DNA of 63,763 nucleotides, the filler included, from Chiloscyllium plagiosum (lineage: Eukaryota), in the NCBI RefSeq assembly GCF_004010195.1. It is 5 parts of one record of this genome, joined end to end, with 100 filler letters (N's around TTAATTAATTAA, not from the genome) between each part and the next. Parts side by side here need not be neighbours in the genome. Positions count along the whole stretch, not along the records: positions 19,647 to 46,181 come from NC_057711.1; 4 more parts are not named here. One strand, written 5' to 3'. This document shows, piece after piece, positions 24,202 to 38,892 of the stretch. The translations under genes were made by a program, and so were the position numbers. Every line of letters begins with the position of its first letter. Within the stretch, counting starts at the first letter, position 1. Under the pieces are notes generated by a model that saw only the letters and a program-made list of their open reading frames with translations, was not told the DNA's origin and did no database searches.

Positions 24202-24798
24202 AAGGAATATCTTTGGTAGGCTTTTATTATTCTTTTTCAAATGTTATCGGAACCTTTTTAAGTTATGTTGGAAATCTCCATACTCTCCTTCTGTAACTCT
24301 CCTTGTAAATCTATTTCCTTTTGAGAGATAACCCATTATCTACAATTGCTTGGAGTCAGAAGGCCTGATGTTCAAGGTGCCACTGAGTAGGGATTCGGGC
24401 TGGATGGAATTAAAAATCACCTAATGGACAGTTTTGAGCTTCCAAAGGGCTGGTGGGAGCAAGGTAACACCACTGTTGCCCAAGTAACAACCCCTTCAAT
24501 TCCTTAAGGAATTTGCTAAAGACCAGTCTGTCAAGTTTACAGATGAGGTTTTTGACTGAGTGTGGTGACATACCATGATTGGTGGTAGTCATGTTTGACT
24601 CCAAAAAGGAGTGGTTCCCTTTCACTTTCAAACATGGCCATTTGTTTGAAATACATGTTGTGACATTGATGTGGTACAAGGCCCATATGATAACATATCC
24701 ACCCTTCTTGACTATTCAATGCTCTAAACCTGGTCAAGTTGCCTGCCTCTCTGTTTGCATGGAAAAGTGCTAAGAAAGCAAACTAAGAGCAGTAAGGT

Positions 24799-24973
24799 CA
24801 GGCAGCATCCAAGGAGCAGGAGAATCGACATTTCGGGCATGAGCCCTTCTTCAGGAAGGGCTCATGCCCGAAACGTCGATTCTTCTGGTCCTTTGATGCT
24901 GCCTGACCTGCTGCGCTTTTCCAGCAACACATTTTCAGCTCTGATCTCCAGCATCTGCAGTCCTCACTTTCTC
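24799..24973. mobile_element. Penelope-derived inverted-repeat mini-insertion with TSD
   Basis: Flanked by ctaagagcagtaaggt at 24783-24798 and 24974-24989. Confidence 0.8.
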
Positions 24974-25989
24974 CTAAGAGCAGTAAGGTGCAACCTGTGT
25001 TGATTCATGTGATATGTGTGCCCTGTCCACATGACATTGAAAAAGCAGGCAAGGCATAAGAGTCCCTGAGCTCCAAGTGAAGTCATGGAGGGATGAGTGA
25101 GTTAATCCAAAATCAACCACAATGTTTTGGTGGTGGCAATTTGCATAGACAAAGGGAGGAAGAGGAAAGTGACGTGAGGAATGCTGGGATATTGTGATGA
25201 AAACGGAGTTATCTAAATGTCCAGAAAAGAAAGTGGTGAGCTATTACTGCTGCCGAGTACCCACTCTGATCTTCATGTCCGGAATTGGTGGGGTTCACTT
25301 TCTTGGGAAAGGAGGTTTAAATTGGGTGCCTTGTAAAAATGAGTTGATTCAGCTAATATTGAAAATCAAATGCAGGGAAATAAGATAGTTGCCTGTCATT
25401 AGCAAGGTTCAGAACTCCCTTTTTAAAACCTGAGGGGGAAAGTGGAAAATGTTTTTCTTCTTTTGAGAATCTAATTTTTCCACCTGCATTGTGTTTCCCT
25501 AAATCTTTCCCCATTGTCTTATTTCTCTAAGCAGAATACCTTCTGCAGTCCCCTTGGAAAATTAGTCTTCCATAAATGGTATTTGTTATGGAAAATGTAC
25601 AATTTGTTTCCTAACAGAGACATAAAAACATGTTGATGGCCAATGGTATCTAACAAGTGCTATCAATATTTATCCGATGCTTGTTAGATCATGCTGTTGA
25701 TGAGCGATCTGGAAACACGCATCAATTATTTCGAATAGGTGACGTATCTTGTCTGACATCTCACTGTTAGCGATTGACTGCATTTATGTACTTCACACAG
25801 AGTTAAAAGAATACCATTCTGCCAGTGTGCAGTTGCTGAAACTGTTTTGAAGATGCTATCTTTCTTCAAGTGGCTATTTTAAACGAAAGAATGTAGTTCC
25901 AAGAAAAAAAAACTAAGTCATTAAACAAAAGATTTTATATTTATTGATCTTCCAGACCACTACATGTTTTTAAGCACTTAACATTCAAT

Positions 25990-26340
25990 TAAATATTTTT
26001 GTAACACTGCTATAATTAGGAAACATGGGCAATTTGCACATATAAAATAATCACTCAAATCTCCATGTGTTACTGATCAAATAAATTGCTGTTTTGTGAC
26101 ACTGATTGAGAGATAAATAATGGCCAAGACATTAGGGGTAATCATATGCATTTCTTCAAAATTATACAATGGGGTGTTCAACATCTGCCCGAGCAAACTG
26201 AGGGGACCCTGTTTTAACATCTTGTCCACAGTACTCTATAGGGGTACTAGCCTTGCCTTTTGTGCTCAGGCCCTTGAGGTTGAACTGAGGACTTTCTTAT
26301 TTCAGTTGCAAACACACTGCCAATTAAACCACAGCTGACA
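25990..26340 (-). mobile_element. Degenerate Deu-domain SINE (SacSINE1/AmnSINE1-related)
   Basis: Reverse-complement similarity to 47095-47367. Confidence 0.5.
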
Positions 26341-27978
26341 TATAAACTATAGACAAAAATACTCAATGTTCTCTCCACTAGAAACATCATTTTGAAATGG
26401 ATGGAAAATGCTGAACAGAATTCAATAATTCATGTGGTGAGGAGAAGAACATTGAAATCTTGTTTGCATAATCACTGAAAGGTTGGGAACTATTGTCGGC
26501 ATAATATACTAATACCTATTATGCGGAAATGAATAAAAATACCATATTTTTGTGTATTGAACAACATCTCAAATGCAAATAGCTTTCATGAATTACAGTT
26601 TATTCAGTAAAGATAGACGCAAAGTAAAATGTAATTGAGATGGTGCTGATCAAATCCTGAAGATGAAATAACACACTCCAAACATTTTTTTTTTCACACA
26701 GCAGATCCATGTCGTTCACTCTCTTGTGACAAGTCTTTGGCAACATCTGGGCCATCTGTAACAGCTGCATCTCTCATCTCAAGCAACATCTGCACAAACC
26801 ATTATTGAAAATGCACATGCCTGCCCTTTGCACTTTCTCACTCTCTGTACCAGTTGGGGAAGGTTAATTTGTTTGCTACAGAAATTGCAAGCTGTAATCG
26901 CACAAACGTAAGAGCAGCTGTTCAGATATTAGTTGGCCAGCCTTTAAAGTGACACATTTAAATGGATGGACAGGAAACGTAGCAAAATAAATGGAATATT
27001 CCCACAAAAATTTAGATCAAACATTAGAGATTTTCCGATACAGCACTACCTATTGCTATGTGGGGAGCAGTGCAGGTGTGGAAATGTCCTTGTGTTATTT
27101 TCAGCGGATTTGTTAACCTATTAATGCATTTATTAAAGGACGTGGAGAAACATAGGTTGAGATCTTCCAACCTCCAAATAATCAGACATACCCTGGAAAA
27201 TGCATGTTGGAACCTTTCAGCAGTCCCAATGCCAAGGATGTTTTAGCTTCCAACAGCCAATTATCGGGCATCCGGGGTCTTCTTAAAAAGCTTAAGTTAG
27301 AGTTGGAGATTTTGCTGGATTCTGAATCGCTTAACTTAGAAAGCCAAGAAAAATCAGATAAGTTAAAACTTGTCTCTCATTCCTGGTTTGCTACAAAACT
27401 GACTCTACCCTTGACCACGCTTCATGATTGGAGCCTGCAATAACTTATCCCCTATACCCCTATCCTGTGCATCTGCCACATACATGTGACCACTTTACTC
27501 AACCCCTCCCCAAGCATCCTTTGCAGCTGATCATCCTTAATAATCTCTCACCAGCCTGCACCCTCTCATCTGCCTGAATTTACGCCCCCTCACCCACCTG
27601 GCACCTAATCCCCCCTCACCCAACTGGAACCTGGTAAACTAAAGCCTCACCCACTTGGTACCGTATCCTCTTCACTCACTCATCTGCCACCTACCTCTTT
27701 ACCCACCTGGCACCCTACCCTCTTCACCCACTCATCTGCCACCTATCCCTTCTTCCACCTGGCACCTTACAGCTTAAACCACCTATCATCACTCTAGTAG
27801 CTTGTACAATTGGTGCCCGACCGCATTCTACTTCCTCTCCAATTCACTTTTTCCATTCTCTCAATCACTGTCAAAGAGGCTTTGGGACTTTTAAACTGCA
27901 TTCACTTATGGGAATACAGCAGTTATTGCTGTAAAGCAGAGGTCTGGCCTGTGTGGTTTGCCAGACCTTGTCACTTCT

Positions 27979-28291
27979 GATTAGATTTGATTCCCTACAA
28001 TATGGAAACAGGCCCTTGGGCCCAACAGGTCCACACCGACCCTCCGAAGAGTAACCCATCTAGACCAGTTCCCCTACTCTACATTTACCCCTGCCCAAGG
28101 CACCTAACACTGTGGGCAATTCAGCATGGCCAATTCATCTAACCTGCACATCTTTGGATTGTGGAAGGAAACCGAAGCACCCGGAGGAAACCCACGCAGA
28201 CACAGGGAGGATGTGCAAACTCCACACAGACAGTCACCCAAGGCTAGAATCACACCCAGGTCCCTGGCGCTGTGAGGCACTGTGCCGCCCC
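27979..28291 (-). mobile_element. HE1-like SINE
   Basis: Full-length reverse copy of the SINE family. Confidence 0.85.
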
Positions 28292-31200
28292 CTGATGGAT
28301 CCTGCATCGGATGTACTCTTGAAAAAAGAATCCTGGAAAGGGTAAGTGGACAACCTTTATCTGATCTGCATTGGAAGTACAGCTTCCAACCCAGATTGGA
28401 AAATGTGGGGCATGACATTGACTGACAGAAGAATTCTGACTTCACCATTCTGGACCAAGAGAAAGAATACTGTCGGGACTGAGGGTGAGATTTCTGAAAG
28501 AATCCCCATCATAACATCAAGAACAATCAATTGCATTTATGCAATGCCTTTAATGTAATAAAACAACGTAAGGTTCTTCACAAGAGTGTTATCAAATGCA
28601 ATTTGATAGTGACACACATCAAGAGATGTTGGGATAGGTGAAGAAGTAGATTTCAAGGACTTTATAGAGGATTGCAAATTCATGGATGAATTTGAAGTCT
28701 GCAATAAGAATATTAAAATTGAGGTTTTGCTGAATCGAAGCCAAATGGGCTCAGCGAGCACGGGGGTAATGGATGAACAAGACTTGGTATGAGACAGGCA
28801 GCAGAGTTACAACAAAAAGTAGGAAATTGGAGAGGGAGTAGGCCATTTGGCCCATTGAGATTGCTCCCCCATTCGAGTGTTTCACAGCTGATGTTCCACC
28901 TCAACTCCACTTTCCGTATGCCATTGACATCTTTAATAACTAATTTTGGATGAACTCCGATTTATGGAGGATATAAGATGTGAGGCCAGCCAGTCTGGCA
29001 GTAGATTAATCAGGTCTAGAGGTATGGATGATGCTTTAACAGCAGATGAAGCAGGGATGGAGACTGACAATGCAGCAGAGCTGTAACTAGATTGTCTTGG
29101 TGATGGAGGAGACATGACATCATAAACCTATCCAGGGTACAACAGGATGCTCAAGTTGATTCAAGTTCTCATACACTACAAACAAATTTTATCCAGGTTA
29201 GTGGCTTTGTACATGACTCTTGCACATTTCTTTTCAGGAAGCTTTTAAAACTAAGTAAGTGAGTAATGAATATAAATCAAATCATGCATAATTTACCACT
29301 ATTTGCAAAATGGTTACTCTGTACTCAAAATCCAACTGTTTGAAGTGTGTTTAAATTGAAATTAATTCATGAAGGAGCATTTAAAGAAGTGGAACTGTTT
29401 GGTCAAATTACCAGTCCTGTTTGAGGACTTGCCACAGCTTTTAACTCATCGATGTGAAGGAAAATGGCAAGTTAGATGGATTCTACAATCTATGGGCAAC
29501 CTATAATTTATGAACAATCTGTTCTGCTACATTTTAACCCAGTGGTGAAGAGAAAAATCGAATGCTTAGAAAAGAACAGGGTTGGATAACGGTGAGCAGT
29601 GGGTGGTCTCTCAATAGCAGATGTTGAAGATTGCGGCCTACTCTCAGTCACCCACCTCTCGGTTTCCAGCCTGCTCAGGTTTCAGTTGGCCAATCAAAAG
29701 CCGTCCAGCCAGGACTGATGGGCAATTCATTACTCAAAAGCCCCTTTTGATCTCTGCAAACGCTGAGTCACCCTATGACATCAGTGTCAGGCCATGACCT
29801 TAAAGGAAACTTGAGCTTTAGATCTAAAGAGCCAGCAGCATTGGAGTACTTGGTCCCAGAATCAGAGAATTGCAATTCTTTGGCCATTGTTTCATTTTAA
29901 AATTAAGTCCATAAGGAGGTAATTGAAACGTAAGGGAATAAAATCAGCTGTAAGACTCACTGGCCGTTGGTGGATAAATTCACTGTCCACAGTTAATAAT
30001 GTAGGGAACAAGTACAGCTCCTGCAGAACATACTTCCCCCACACTCCTCCAACCAGACCATTGGAAACCAATTTGATTGAGGACACACCTAGGAGAAATG
30101 GAGAAGCCCAGAAGCTGTTTGATTATTCACCCTACATTCTCTCCTATAAACTGTTTCTGATTGTGCTGAAGTTCGAATATCACTGGACTGAGACCTCTCA
30201 GCTGGAGAATGTGGCTGCAGTGTTGCAAGATGAGTACATGACCTTCTCCATTCCTTTGAACATGGCTGGGATGTTCATTGATTGAAGGGGAAGCATGGAT
30301 GAAGAATGGGTTGATCAATGTCCACTGGTCACTCTGTGTTATCAGGGAACTTCCAGATGGTGCACTCGGGTAATTTGACGATGTCAGGGGAATGGGGCAG
30401 GTAAATGGAGTTTGGGGAGGAATTTGTCTGAGAGGGCAGTCATGCCAAGTTGCGTTTTCAATCAGAAGGACAAGATGCTGTCTAGGAGGATAATCTCATT
30501 TTTCATTTTCATCTCAGGACAAGACGGCACACAATGCCAGGTAGACATGGATGCAGGGTGGGAGAGTATGCCAGCTGGGCATTCTTATGCCAATGGAGGA
30601 GGATATATTGCAGTTGTGCAGTAGCCGAGAGTGCAGTTCCATTGCCGATATGGAGGTTCCAGGATGTGTCAGGGTGGATGGTGGGGAGTGAGGGAATGAT
30701 TGAGTGTACTGTAGAATACTGGGTTTTGTAGTAACACTTTAATGACTTTGGGAGTTAAGTACATGAAGAGGTTGGGAGGTCACCAGTCTGTGTAGTGGGT
30801 ATAAAAGCACTGAGATGCTCATATGAATTACAATTCATTGACAATCTTTCTGTTTTCTCTAACAGGACAATCTTCAGTAGCAGCAAAAGACTCTTGCTAA
30901 CCTCTGAAGAGCAGGAGGGAGCTTCAGTAAATGTATCATGCCATGGTCTGCACCAGTTGCCAGTTCAGATACTTGCAACTCGGTGGGATAACATAGGCTG
31001 AAAGAATGGGAGAAGCCTGGTTTGAGCACCACATAGTGGTGGAACCGAAAGTGGAAGCTGTAACCTATTAGGACTCTGGCAGTCAGAACAGTCCGGAATG
31101 TTGGTTGATGCTGAACCCCAAGTTGATGACAAACCACTTGAGTCAACTGCAAGATGGCAATGCTAAATTTGCAACTGGACGTGCACGAAGATCTGGCAGA

Positions 31201-31394
31201 AATACCTGAATGGACTGGCAAGGACAATTGAGGGCTGCATCCAGGCAATATGGGACAGAGAGTTCCCTCTTGTGTACACATATTCACTCTTCCATTGTGA
31301 GGTTAGAAACTCTCCTGGAAAGCCACATCCAGCAGCTATAACTAACCTGCACACTATCACCTTGTCACTGATGTTAAGTAGCTAGTGACCTAGA

Positions 31395-32628
31395 AGATGA
31401 AGTAACAAAGAAGATTGATGAGGGCAGAGCAGTAAATGTGATCTATATGGACATCAGTATGGTGTTCGACAAGGTTCCCCATGGGAGACTGATTAGCAAG
31501 GTTAGATCTCATGGAATACATGGAGAACTAGCCATTTGGATACAGAACTGGCTCAAAGGTAGAAGACAGAGGGTGGTGGTGGAGGATTGTTTTTCAGACT
31601 GGAGGCCTGTGACCAGTGGAGTGCCACAAGGATCGGTGCTGGGTCCTCTACTTTTTGTCATTTACATAAATAATTTGGATGTGAGCATAAGAGGTACAGT
31701 TAGTAAGTTTGCAGATGACACCAAAATTGGAGGTGTAGTGGACAGAGAAGAAGGTTACCTCAGATTACAACAGGATCTTGACCAGATGGGCCAATGGGCT
31801 GAGAAGTGGCAGATGGAGCTTAATTCAGATAAATGCGAGGTGCTGTATTTTGGGAAAGCAAATCTTAGCAGGACTTATATACTTAATGGTAAGATCCTGG
31901 GGAGTGTTGCTGAACAAAGAGACCTTGGAGTGCAAGTTCATAGCTCCTTGAAAGTGGAGTCGCAGGTAGATAGGATAGTGAAGAAGATGTTTGGTATGCT
32001 TTCCTTTATTGGTCAGAGTATTGAGTACAGGAGTTGGGAGGTCATGTTGTGGCTGTACAGGACATTGTTCAGGCCACTGTTGGAATATTGCATGCAATTC
32101 TGGTCTCCTTCCTATTGGAAAGATGTTGTGAAACTTGAAAGTATTCAGAAAAGATTTACAAGGATGCTGTCAGTGTTGGAGGATCTGAGCTACAAGGAGA
32201 GGCTGAACAGGCTGCGGCTGCTTTCTCTGGAGCGTCGGAGGCTGAGGGGTGACCTTATAGAGGTTTACAAAATTATGAGGGGCATGGATAGGATAAATAG
32301 ACAAAGTCTTTTCCCTGGGGTCAGGGAGTCCAGAACTAGAGGGCATAGGTTTAGGGTGAGAGGAGAAAGATATAAAAGAGACCTAAGGGGCAACTTTTTC
32401 ACGCAGAGGGTGGTATTTGTATGGAATGAGCTTCCAGAGGATGTGGTGGAAGCTGGTAAAATTGCAACATTTAAGAGGCATTTGGATGGGTATATGAATA
32501 AGAAGGGTTTGGAGGGATATGGGCCGGGTGCTGGCTGGTGGGACTAGATTGGGTTGGGATATCTGGTCGGCATGGACTGGTTGGACCGAAGGGTCTGTTT
32601 CCATGCTGTACATCTCTATGACTCTATT
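31395..32628 (+). mobile_element. 5'-truncated CR1/HER1 LINE with uninterrupted 369-aa RT C-terminal frame (31438-32547)
   Basis: FDKVPH, GVPQGSVLGP, FADDTK; tail ctctatgactctat. Confidence 0.92.
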
Positions 32629-35119
32629 ACTCTGGTGAGACGTCTGCATTCTCCAACAGGAAGTCAGTCCCTCTCAGGTAAGCAGATCAAGTGTATCTCA
32701 TGACAATAGATGGTCTGCACTGGCATCTTTCCTCTGGGTGATCCCAATGATGACGCAGATCCTCCGCCTGTCTGCCAATGACAGCTCAGGATGCTGCAGT
32801 AGAAGAGGAGGTTCCTGTCACTGTGCAGGAAACCATCACAACAGCTGGGGACCTCACAGCCTCAGGCATACGGAGACTGCCCACCAAGAATATCACAAGC
32901 AAAAGGGGAATCAAAATCATCAGCTCTGTTCTCAGCGATGGGGGAGCCCTACCTTATGAGGAAAAGATTTAAGGACACACTTTAGAAAAATATTGGCGAA
33001 CATGGGTGAGTTTTCTATCCAATTTGGTGTGTGAGATGTTGCTGCTTTTTGCATCATACTAGCATGACCTGGAATAGGTTTTCTGTTGTGACATTTCAAG
33101 CATTTAACAGGCATACTAAAGGCCTGTTTATACTGCGTTAATCTTGTGGCTGTGATAGACGCAATAGGACTGCAGCGATGCAAGAAGCAGCTCTCCACCA
33201 GCTTCTCAAGAGTAGCTCAAGACAGTGACACCCACAAGAGAATTTAAAAAAAAAAATCAGCTCCATCTATTTGTTTCTGCTTACAGATTCACATCTTAAG
33301 AAATAAGGCAGTTCAGATGATGCTCATTGGGTTCCACGTTGTTACATGATGTAGCCCAATATGATGGTCTCTTGAATCTCATGACTATGCTGTTTCCCAA
33401 CCGCAGCATCAAATTCAGCTTCCAGCCCAATATTGTTTAATTGCATTTCTTTAGTGGTGGCTTTTTACTGCTATTCCTTCAATGGATGTTTTTGCTGCCA
33501 CTTTTCTGTGTTTTTGGATATGAATTCTTGGATCGTTGCAAGGAACATTTGGCTTTTAGATTTGTACCACAGTGAATTTAAAAGAGCTACGTTGGCCCAC
33601 AAATATGTGATAGTGGTACATGGGTGTTAAGATCGCTCTTATTCAGAAGGAGGAATTTTAGATTAGATAAACTGCACATGGAATAGTCATCATGTTTTGA
33701 GTTGGGCCCGGATCACATTCCCAAACCCGAAGATCAGTGACAGATGAAAATTGATCCTTAGGTTTTGTCAGCAAACATGTCTGATCTACAGAACTTATCA
33801 CATCTTCTTAGTTAAGCAGATTGACCGAAGTGGTCAATGTTGGATTGTAGTGGATAGAAAATTGAACTGGTAAAAGCACAGCAGGTCGAGCAGCATCAGA
33901 GGAGAAGGGGAGTCGATGTTTCATGTAGGAATCTTTCATCAGGACTGCATACCTCATTGGTAGCGGCTTTCTGTGAAATCTGGGAAAAAAGATTGGAGCA
34001 AATTGTGAAATGTGAGAAGGGGCATTCCCGGCCTTTCTGGGATTTTTAAAAGAGAAAGTAGGTTATCCATGTGCTTTTTGTTAGCGGTTGTGATAACGTT
34101 GTGAACAAGCTCAACAACTCCTGGCCCAGTCAGTGCTGACTAATTTCCAGATGGAATCACAAAGCAACTTCTGACTTAGATATTTAAAGGCAATGCTGCC
34201 TATTTTAAGTACTTGTTTAGGATTTCTCAATGGAAAGCCTGCACAAATCTAATTGTGGAACCAACCATTGCACTGGTTGGATTCAAGATAAACCACTTAC
34301 ATCTCATTAAGGCTTGTGGTCTGCAACCATGATGTGCCAAAGCTTTTGTTCACGCCTACAATTTAAGAACTAGATGTGGGTAGTGTGGTATTGAAAGTTT
34401 CAACTGATAGTTATTATATTTAATGAGTTAATGTACATTAGATAAACTACAGCCACAGGTGTTTCAATGAGCTGTTCAGGGGTTTGCAAACAGCAGTATG
34501 CTTCCATCAGTGTGTCATGCTTCGAATGGCCCCAGTTAATACGGAGTCTATGACCTTTATAGCCTCAGGTCACACACTGTGACACAGGGATGATATGAGC
34601 AAGACTCTTGCATGTTTTTTAAAAGAATACTACATACCAACTGTGTGACACAATGTCGGACAGGAAATCTTTGATCAAACTGTCCGACGTGTGACTCCAT
34701 TCCCATAGCAATGTGGTAGATTCTTAAATGTTGTCTCAAATGGCCTAGCAAGCATTGAAACTGTCTGAAATTGGTTATTCATCTAGGCACTGGAAAAAAG
34801 GAATACCTAACCCAATCAATCTACCCCCATATCTGAAAACTTTTGCCAAAGTTCCAAGAGCTGTGCCATTGACTAGCCAAGCAACTGCCTGGCACACTCT
34901 GCCAGATTTGGTGAAATTTCATTACAAGTGTCAATACCCCAGTGGGTAAGAATCCCATTGGTCCTGGTGCACATGGAGATGCCCTCTGCTTTGCATGGCA
35001 TCTGTGCGCAGTTAATGACAAACATGCTGCTGTAAGGGTCAGCTGGGCAGAGGCTCAAATGTGTCCAGTACTGGCATTGGTTAAATCCCCAGCCTTCACA
35101 ACTTCAAGCCACTCTGAAC

Positions 35120-35660
35120 TTCTTAAAGAGGAAGTTCATTCTGGATGGAGGAAATACTGGAGTTGGTTGTAGTGAAATAGAATGGTTTGGTTTAAGCTCT
35201 CTGGCTATGTGCTTGATGCCTTTATGGAAAAGGTGGACAGGTGGCAATGGGTTTTCAAATGTCAAATCTCAATAATCTCACCTACCATTGAATGGAGCCC
35301 ACACCCATTACTCACCCACCAACAACCTCCATAAGCCACAGATCATACCTAATACTTGTAGCTTTATACTTGCAGCATTACTGTAAGCCTCACACCCATT
35401 TCTCACACGTTGTATACATTGGCAGCTCTTCAGTCATGACTGTCATTATCATCCAAACACATTGCATCACACTCAATGACACACTTCCCTCACTCTTGCA
35501 GGACAATCTGGTGCATAACTGGAAGTGGCAGAACCAAACCAATGGGGGACAGACTTGCCTTATCTCTGTGGAGAAGCAAACACTCTCCATTATTGGAATT
35601 GCAGTTACTGAGGGCCTGACCAGTGGCAGAGCGAAAGCCGATGGCAGATCACAGCATGTT
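35120..35660 (+). mobile_element. Possible decayed Harbinger-type Myb/SANT accessory ORF remnant
   Basis: DNLVHNWKWQNQTNGGQ...VEKQTLSIIG after an AG resembles the KxAHNxxExxxTGGG...EE..L..IG pattern I recall; weak. Confidence 0.3.
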
Positions 35661-37465
35661 CATGCCTCATCTTTCTGTTCACATCTCACTTACCTATCAT
35701 TGTACGACCTGTACTAATTTCCAACCTGAACGTTGCGTATGTCCTTCTTACTTTTTCCATCAGTTTCAAAAACCTGGAGTACCTTTCTAACAATGGGGTG
35801 AATCTCAGTCTCTCAGAATGCAGCTTTTCAAGAAGGTGTAAAACCACCAGCTTCTCAATGGCAATTAGGGATGGACAATAAAAGTTGTCCTTGCCCATTA
35901 TGCTAAATTCACTGTCACTGTATGTTCGTTATTGTCTATGGAATAGAAAAAAACTTGTATCTGACACAGATAAACTCTCTGCATGACAGTCATACTCAAA
36001 ACAAACATTTGGTACTGAAAATAAGTTATTTGTGGAGTCAATGCAGGGATTTTTCAGCCAGATTTTATGGTTGTGCAGATGAACTGTTCTTTATAGGACT
36101 GCCTAATTTCCAAAGCGATAAAATTGAAGAGGTTCCACAATAAATGGAAAATACATTCTGCCCAGTGGTGTAGTTGAAAGTACTCAGTGTTTCTTGCATT
36201 TTGTGTCTAGGATTCTTCTTGCTTATTCAAGACTCTACTCTCATGGAAGTAACGGGCTACTGGGGGTTCCTTCGAGCTTTCTGAGGTGGTGATGTCTCAA
36301 TAACTGCTTCTGCAGAGAGTTTACTGGATCAGGAACTGCTCTTGACTTGCCCAACGTGGTGAACCTATAACTCCACCCCACCCAACCTGGATTGTTGCCT
36401 TCTGAAAATTGTGTCCCTCAGCCTCCTTTGTCTTGATTATCTCCTTGGGTATTTTTTACATTAGGCCGTGCTGGACAATAAGACAAACCACTCTCTCCAA
36501 ACTGAACATAGGAATGTTAACTCTCTTTGTCTCTCCCCAGATGCTGCCAGACTTGCTGAGTGTTTCTGACATTTTCTGTTTTGATTTCAGGTTTCAGATT
36601 TCCAACATTTGCAGTATTTGGTGTTGCCTTTGTGTTTATTTCACTCTGACTCTCCTGGGTTACACCTTCAGAAATTCAAATAAAAGCCAATGGCAAAACC
36701 TTTTAGCAGCACAAGAATGCACAGCTATTCCTGCTTCATATTGTCTTGGATATTGAAAATCTCCAGGCTCTCAAGATTTGGCTCAATCGACAACAATGGA
36801 TGTTTTTGATAATCATTTAAATGAATGGATTTCACACATGGATTTCTCTTGCCATGGCTGCAGTGTGAGATGTACCAACATACCTCTGATCAAGCTACCA
36901 AAGCCCTTCAGTAGAAAGTATCAGTTATAATCTCTTTGTACTTATCCAACATTCCTTGTTTGCTTTTTACCTTTTACGTATTTTGTTCTGAGGAGTAGTA
37001 TGCAGCTGTTCTGAACAAAGACATATTGTTTTGGTCACATCCTCAAAAAACTCAATCACATTTGTGAGGTGCAATTTCCCATGCCCAAAAGCATATCCCT
37101 AATCAGTCCTTGCCTCTCCAAATGTATGTAAATCCTATCGCTCAGAATCCCCCCCCAACAACTTTCTCGCCACTGACATTAGGCTCACTGTTCTATAATT
37201 CCTAGGCTTCTCCTTGCAGCATTTCTGAAATAAAGGCACAAGTTTAGCCACCCTCCAGTCTTCCGGCACTTCACCTGTGGCTATTGATGATACAAATATC
37301 TCTGCCAGAGGCCATGCAATTTCTTGCCTAGCTTCCCTGGGATAACTGATTTGCATGAGAATATAGGAAGTATGGTTAGTAAGTTTGCGCTGACACCAAA
37401 GTTGATGGTATAGCAAACAGTGAACAAAGTTATCTAAGAGTACAATGGGATCTTGATCATCTAGG

Positions 37466-37834
37466 TAGGATCATCCGGCTAGGAACCCTCCAACCACAAG
37501 GGATGAACTCGGATTTCACCAGTTTCCTCATTTCCCCTCCCCCCAGCCTGTCTCAGTCAAATCCATCAAATTCAGCACCGCCTTCCTAACCTGCAATCTT
37601 CTTCCCGACCTCTCCGCCCCCACCCCAGTCTGACCTATCACCCTCACCTTGACCTCTTTCCACCTATCACATTTCCGACACCCCTCCCCCAAGTCCCTCC
37701 TCCCTACCTTTTATCTTAGCCTGCTGGACCAACTTTCCTCATTCCTGAAGAAGGGCTAATGCCCGAAACGTCGATTCTCCTGTTCCCTAGATGCTGCCTG
37801 ACCTGCTGTGCTTTTCCAGCAACACATTTCCATC
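37466..37834 (+). mobile_element. Penelope 3' fragment with 15-bp TSD
   Basis: RLGTLQPQGMNSDF plus terminal repeat; tcttgatcatctagg at 37451-37465 and 37835-37849. Confidence 0.85.
37745..37772 (+). ncRNA. Minimal (Penelope-type) hammerhead ribozyme motif
   Basis: CTGAAGA-A-GGGC TAAT GCCC-GAAA-CGTC; palindromic ACGT in place of helix III; helix I weak. Confidence 0.6.
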
Positions 37835-38059
37835 TCTTGATCATCTAGGCCAATGGGCCAAGGAGTGGCAGATGGAGTTTAATTTAGGTAAATGAGAGGT
37901 TGTGGGTTTCAGTAAGACAACAAAGGCAGGACTTATACGGTTAATGGTAGGGCGCTTGGGAGTGTTGTCAAACAGAAAGGCCTAGGGGTTCAGATACATA
38001 GTTCCTTGAAAGTGCTGTCACAGGTAGACAGGGTGATTAAGAAGGTGTTTTTGTATGTT

Positions 38060-38406
38060 TAGACAATAGACAATAGGTGCAGGAGTAGGCCATTCTGCCC
38101 TTTGAGCCTGCACCACCATTCAATATGATCATGGCTGATCATCCTTAATCAGTATCCTGTTCCTGCCTTATCTCCATAACCCTTGATTCCACAACCCTTG
38201 AGAGCTCTATCCAACTCTTTCTTAAATGAATCCAGAGACTGGGCCTCCACTGCCCTCTGGGGCAGAGCATTCCACACAGCCACCACTCTCTGGGTGAAGA
38301 AGTTTCTCCTCATCTCTGTCCTAAATGGTCTGCCCCGTATTTTTAAGCTGTGTCCTCTGGTTCGGCATTCACCCATCAGCGGAAACATGCTTCCTGCCTC
38401 CAGAGT
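38060..38406 (-). mobile_element. Young CR1 3' fragment nested in older CR1
   Basis: Near-identical to 1-245 and 46282-46678. Confidence 0.85.
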
Positions 38407-38659
38407 GTTTGCTTCCACTGGTTAGAGCACTGAGTATAGGATTTGTTGCGGCTGCACAGGAGGTTGGTGAGGCCACTGTTAGAGTACTGTGTATAGTTCT
38501 GGTCTCCCTGCTATAGAAAGGATATTATTAAATTGGAGAGGGTGCAGAAAAGATTTACCAGAATGTTACTGGGACTGGAGGGTTTGAATTTTAAGGAGAG
38601 GTTTATTAAAATGGGACTTTATTCCTTAGAATGTGGGAGGTTGAGTGCAATCTTTTAGA

Positions 38660-38892
38660 TAGATAAAAACAATGACTGCAGATGTTGGAAACCAGAGTCC
38701 AGATTAGAGTGGTGCTGGAAAAGCACAGCAGTTCAGGCAGCATCCGAGGAGCAGGAAAATTGACGTTTCGGGCAAAAGCCCTTCATTGGGTATTCCTGAT
38801 GAAGGGCTTTTGCCCGAAACCTCGATTTTACTGCTCCTCGGATGCTGCCTGAACTGCTGTGCTTTTCCAGCACCACTCTAATCTAGACTGTG
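38660..38892. mobile_element. Penelope-derived palindromic insertion with TSD
   Basis: About 95-bp inverted arms (38695-38888); atcttttaga at 38650-38659 and 38893-38902. Confidence 0.82.

Noticed and set aside
26694..26945. Possible minus-strand terminal exon (FVQMLLEMRDAAVTDGPDVAKDLSQESERHGSAV*)
   Set aside because: In-frame TAA two codons upstream, no convincing acceptor and no recognisable homology
27590..27772. C-rich degenerate tandem repeat (about 53-bp unit)
   Set aside because: Low-complexity decayed minisatellite with no further structure
31438..32547. 369-aa RT ORF as a domesticated gene
   Set aside because: Ordinary 5'-truncated young CR1 copy lacking the endonuclease and RT N-terminus; no sign of selection visible
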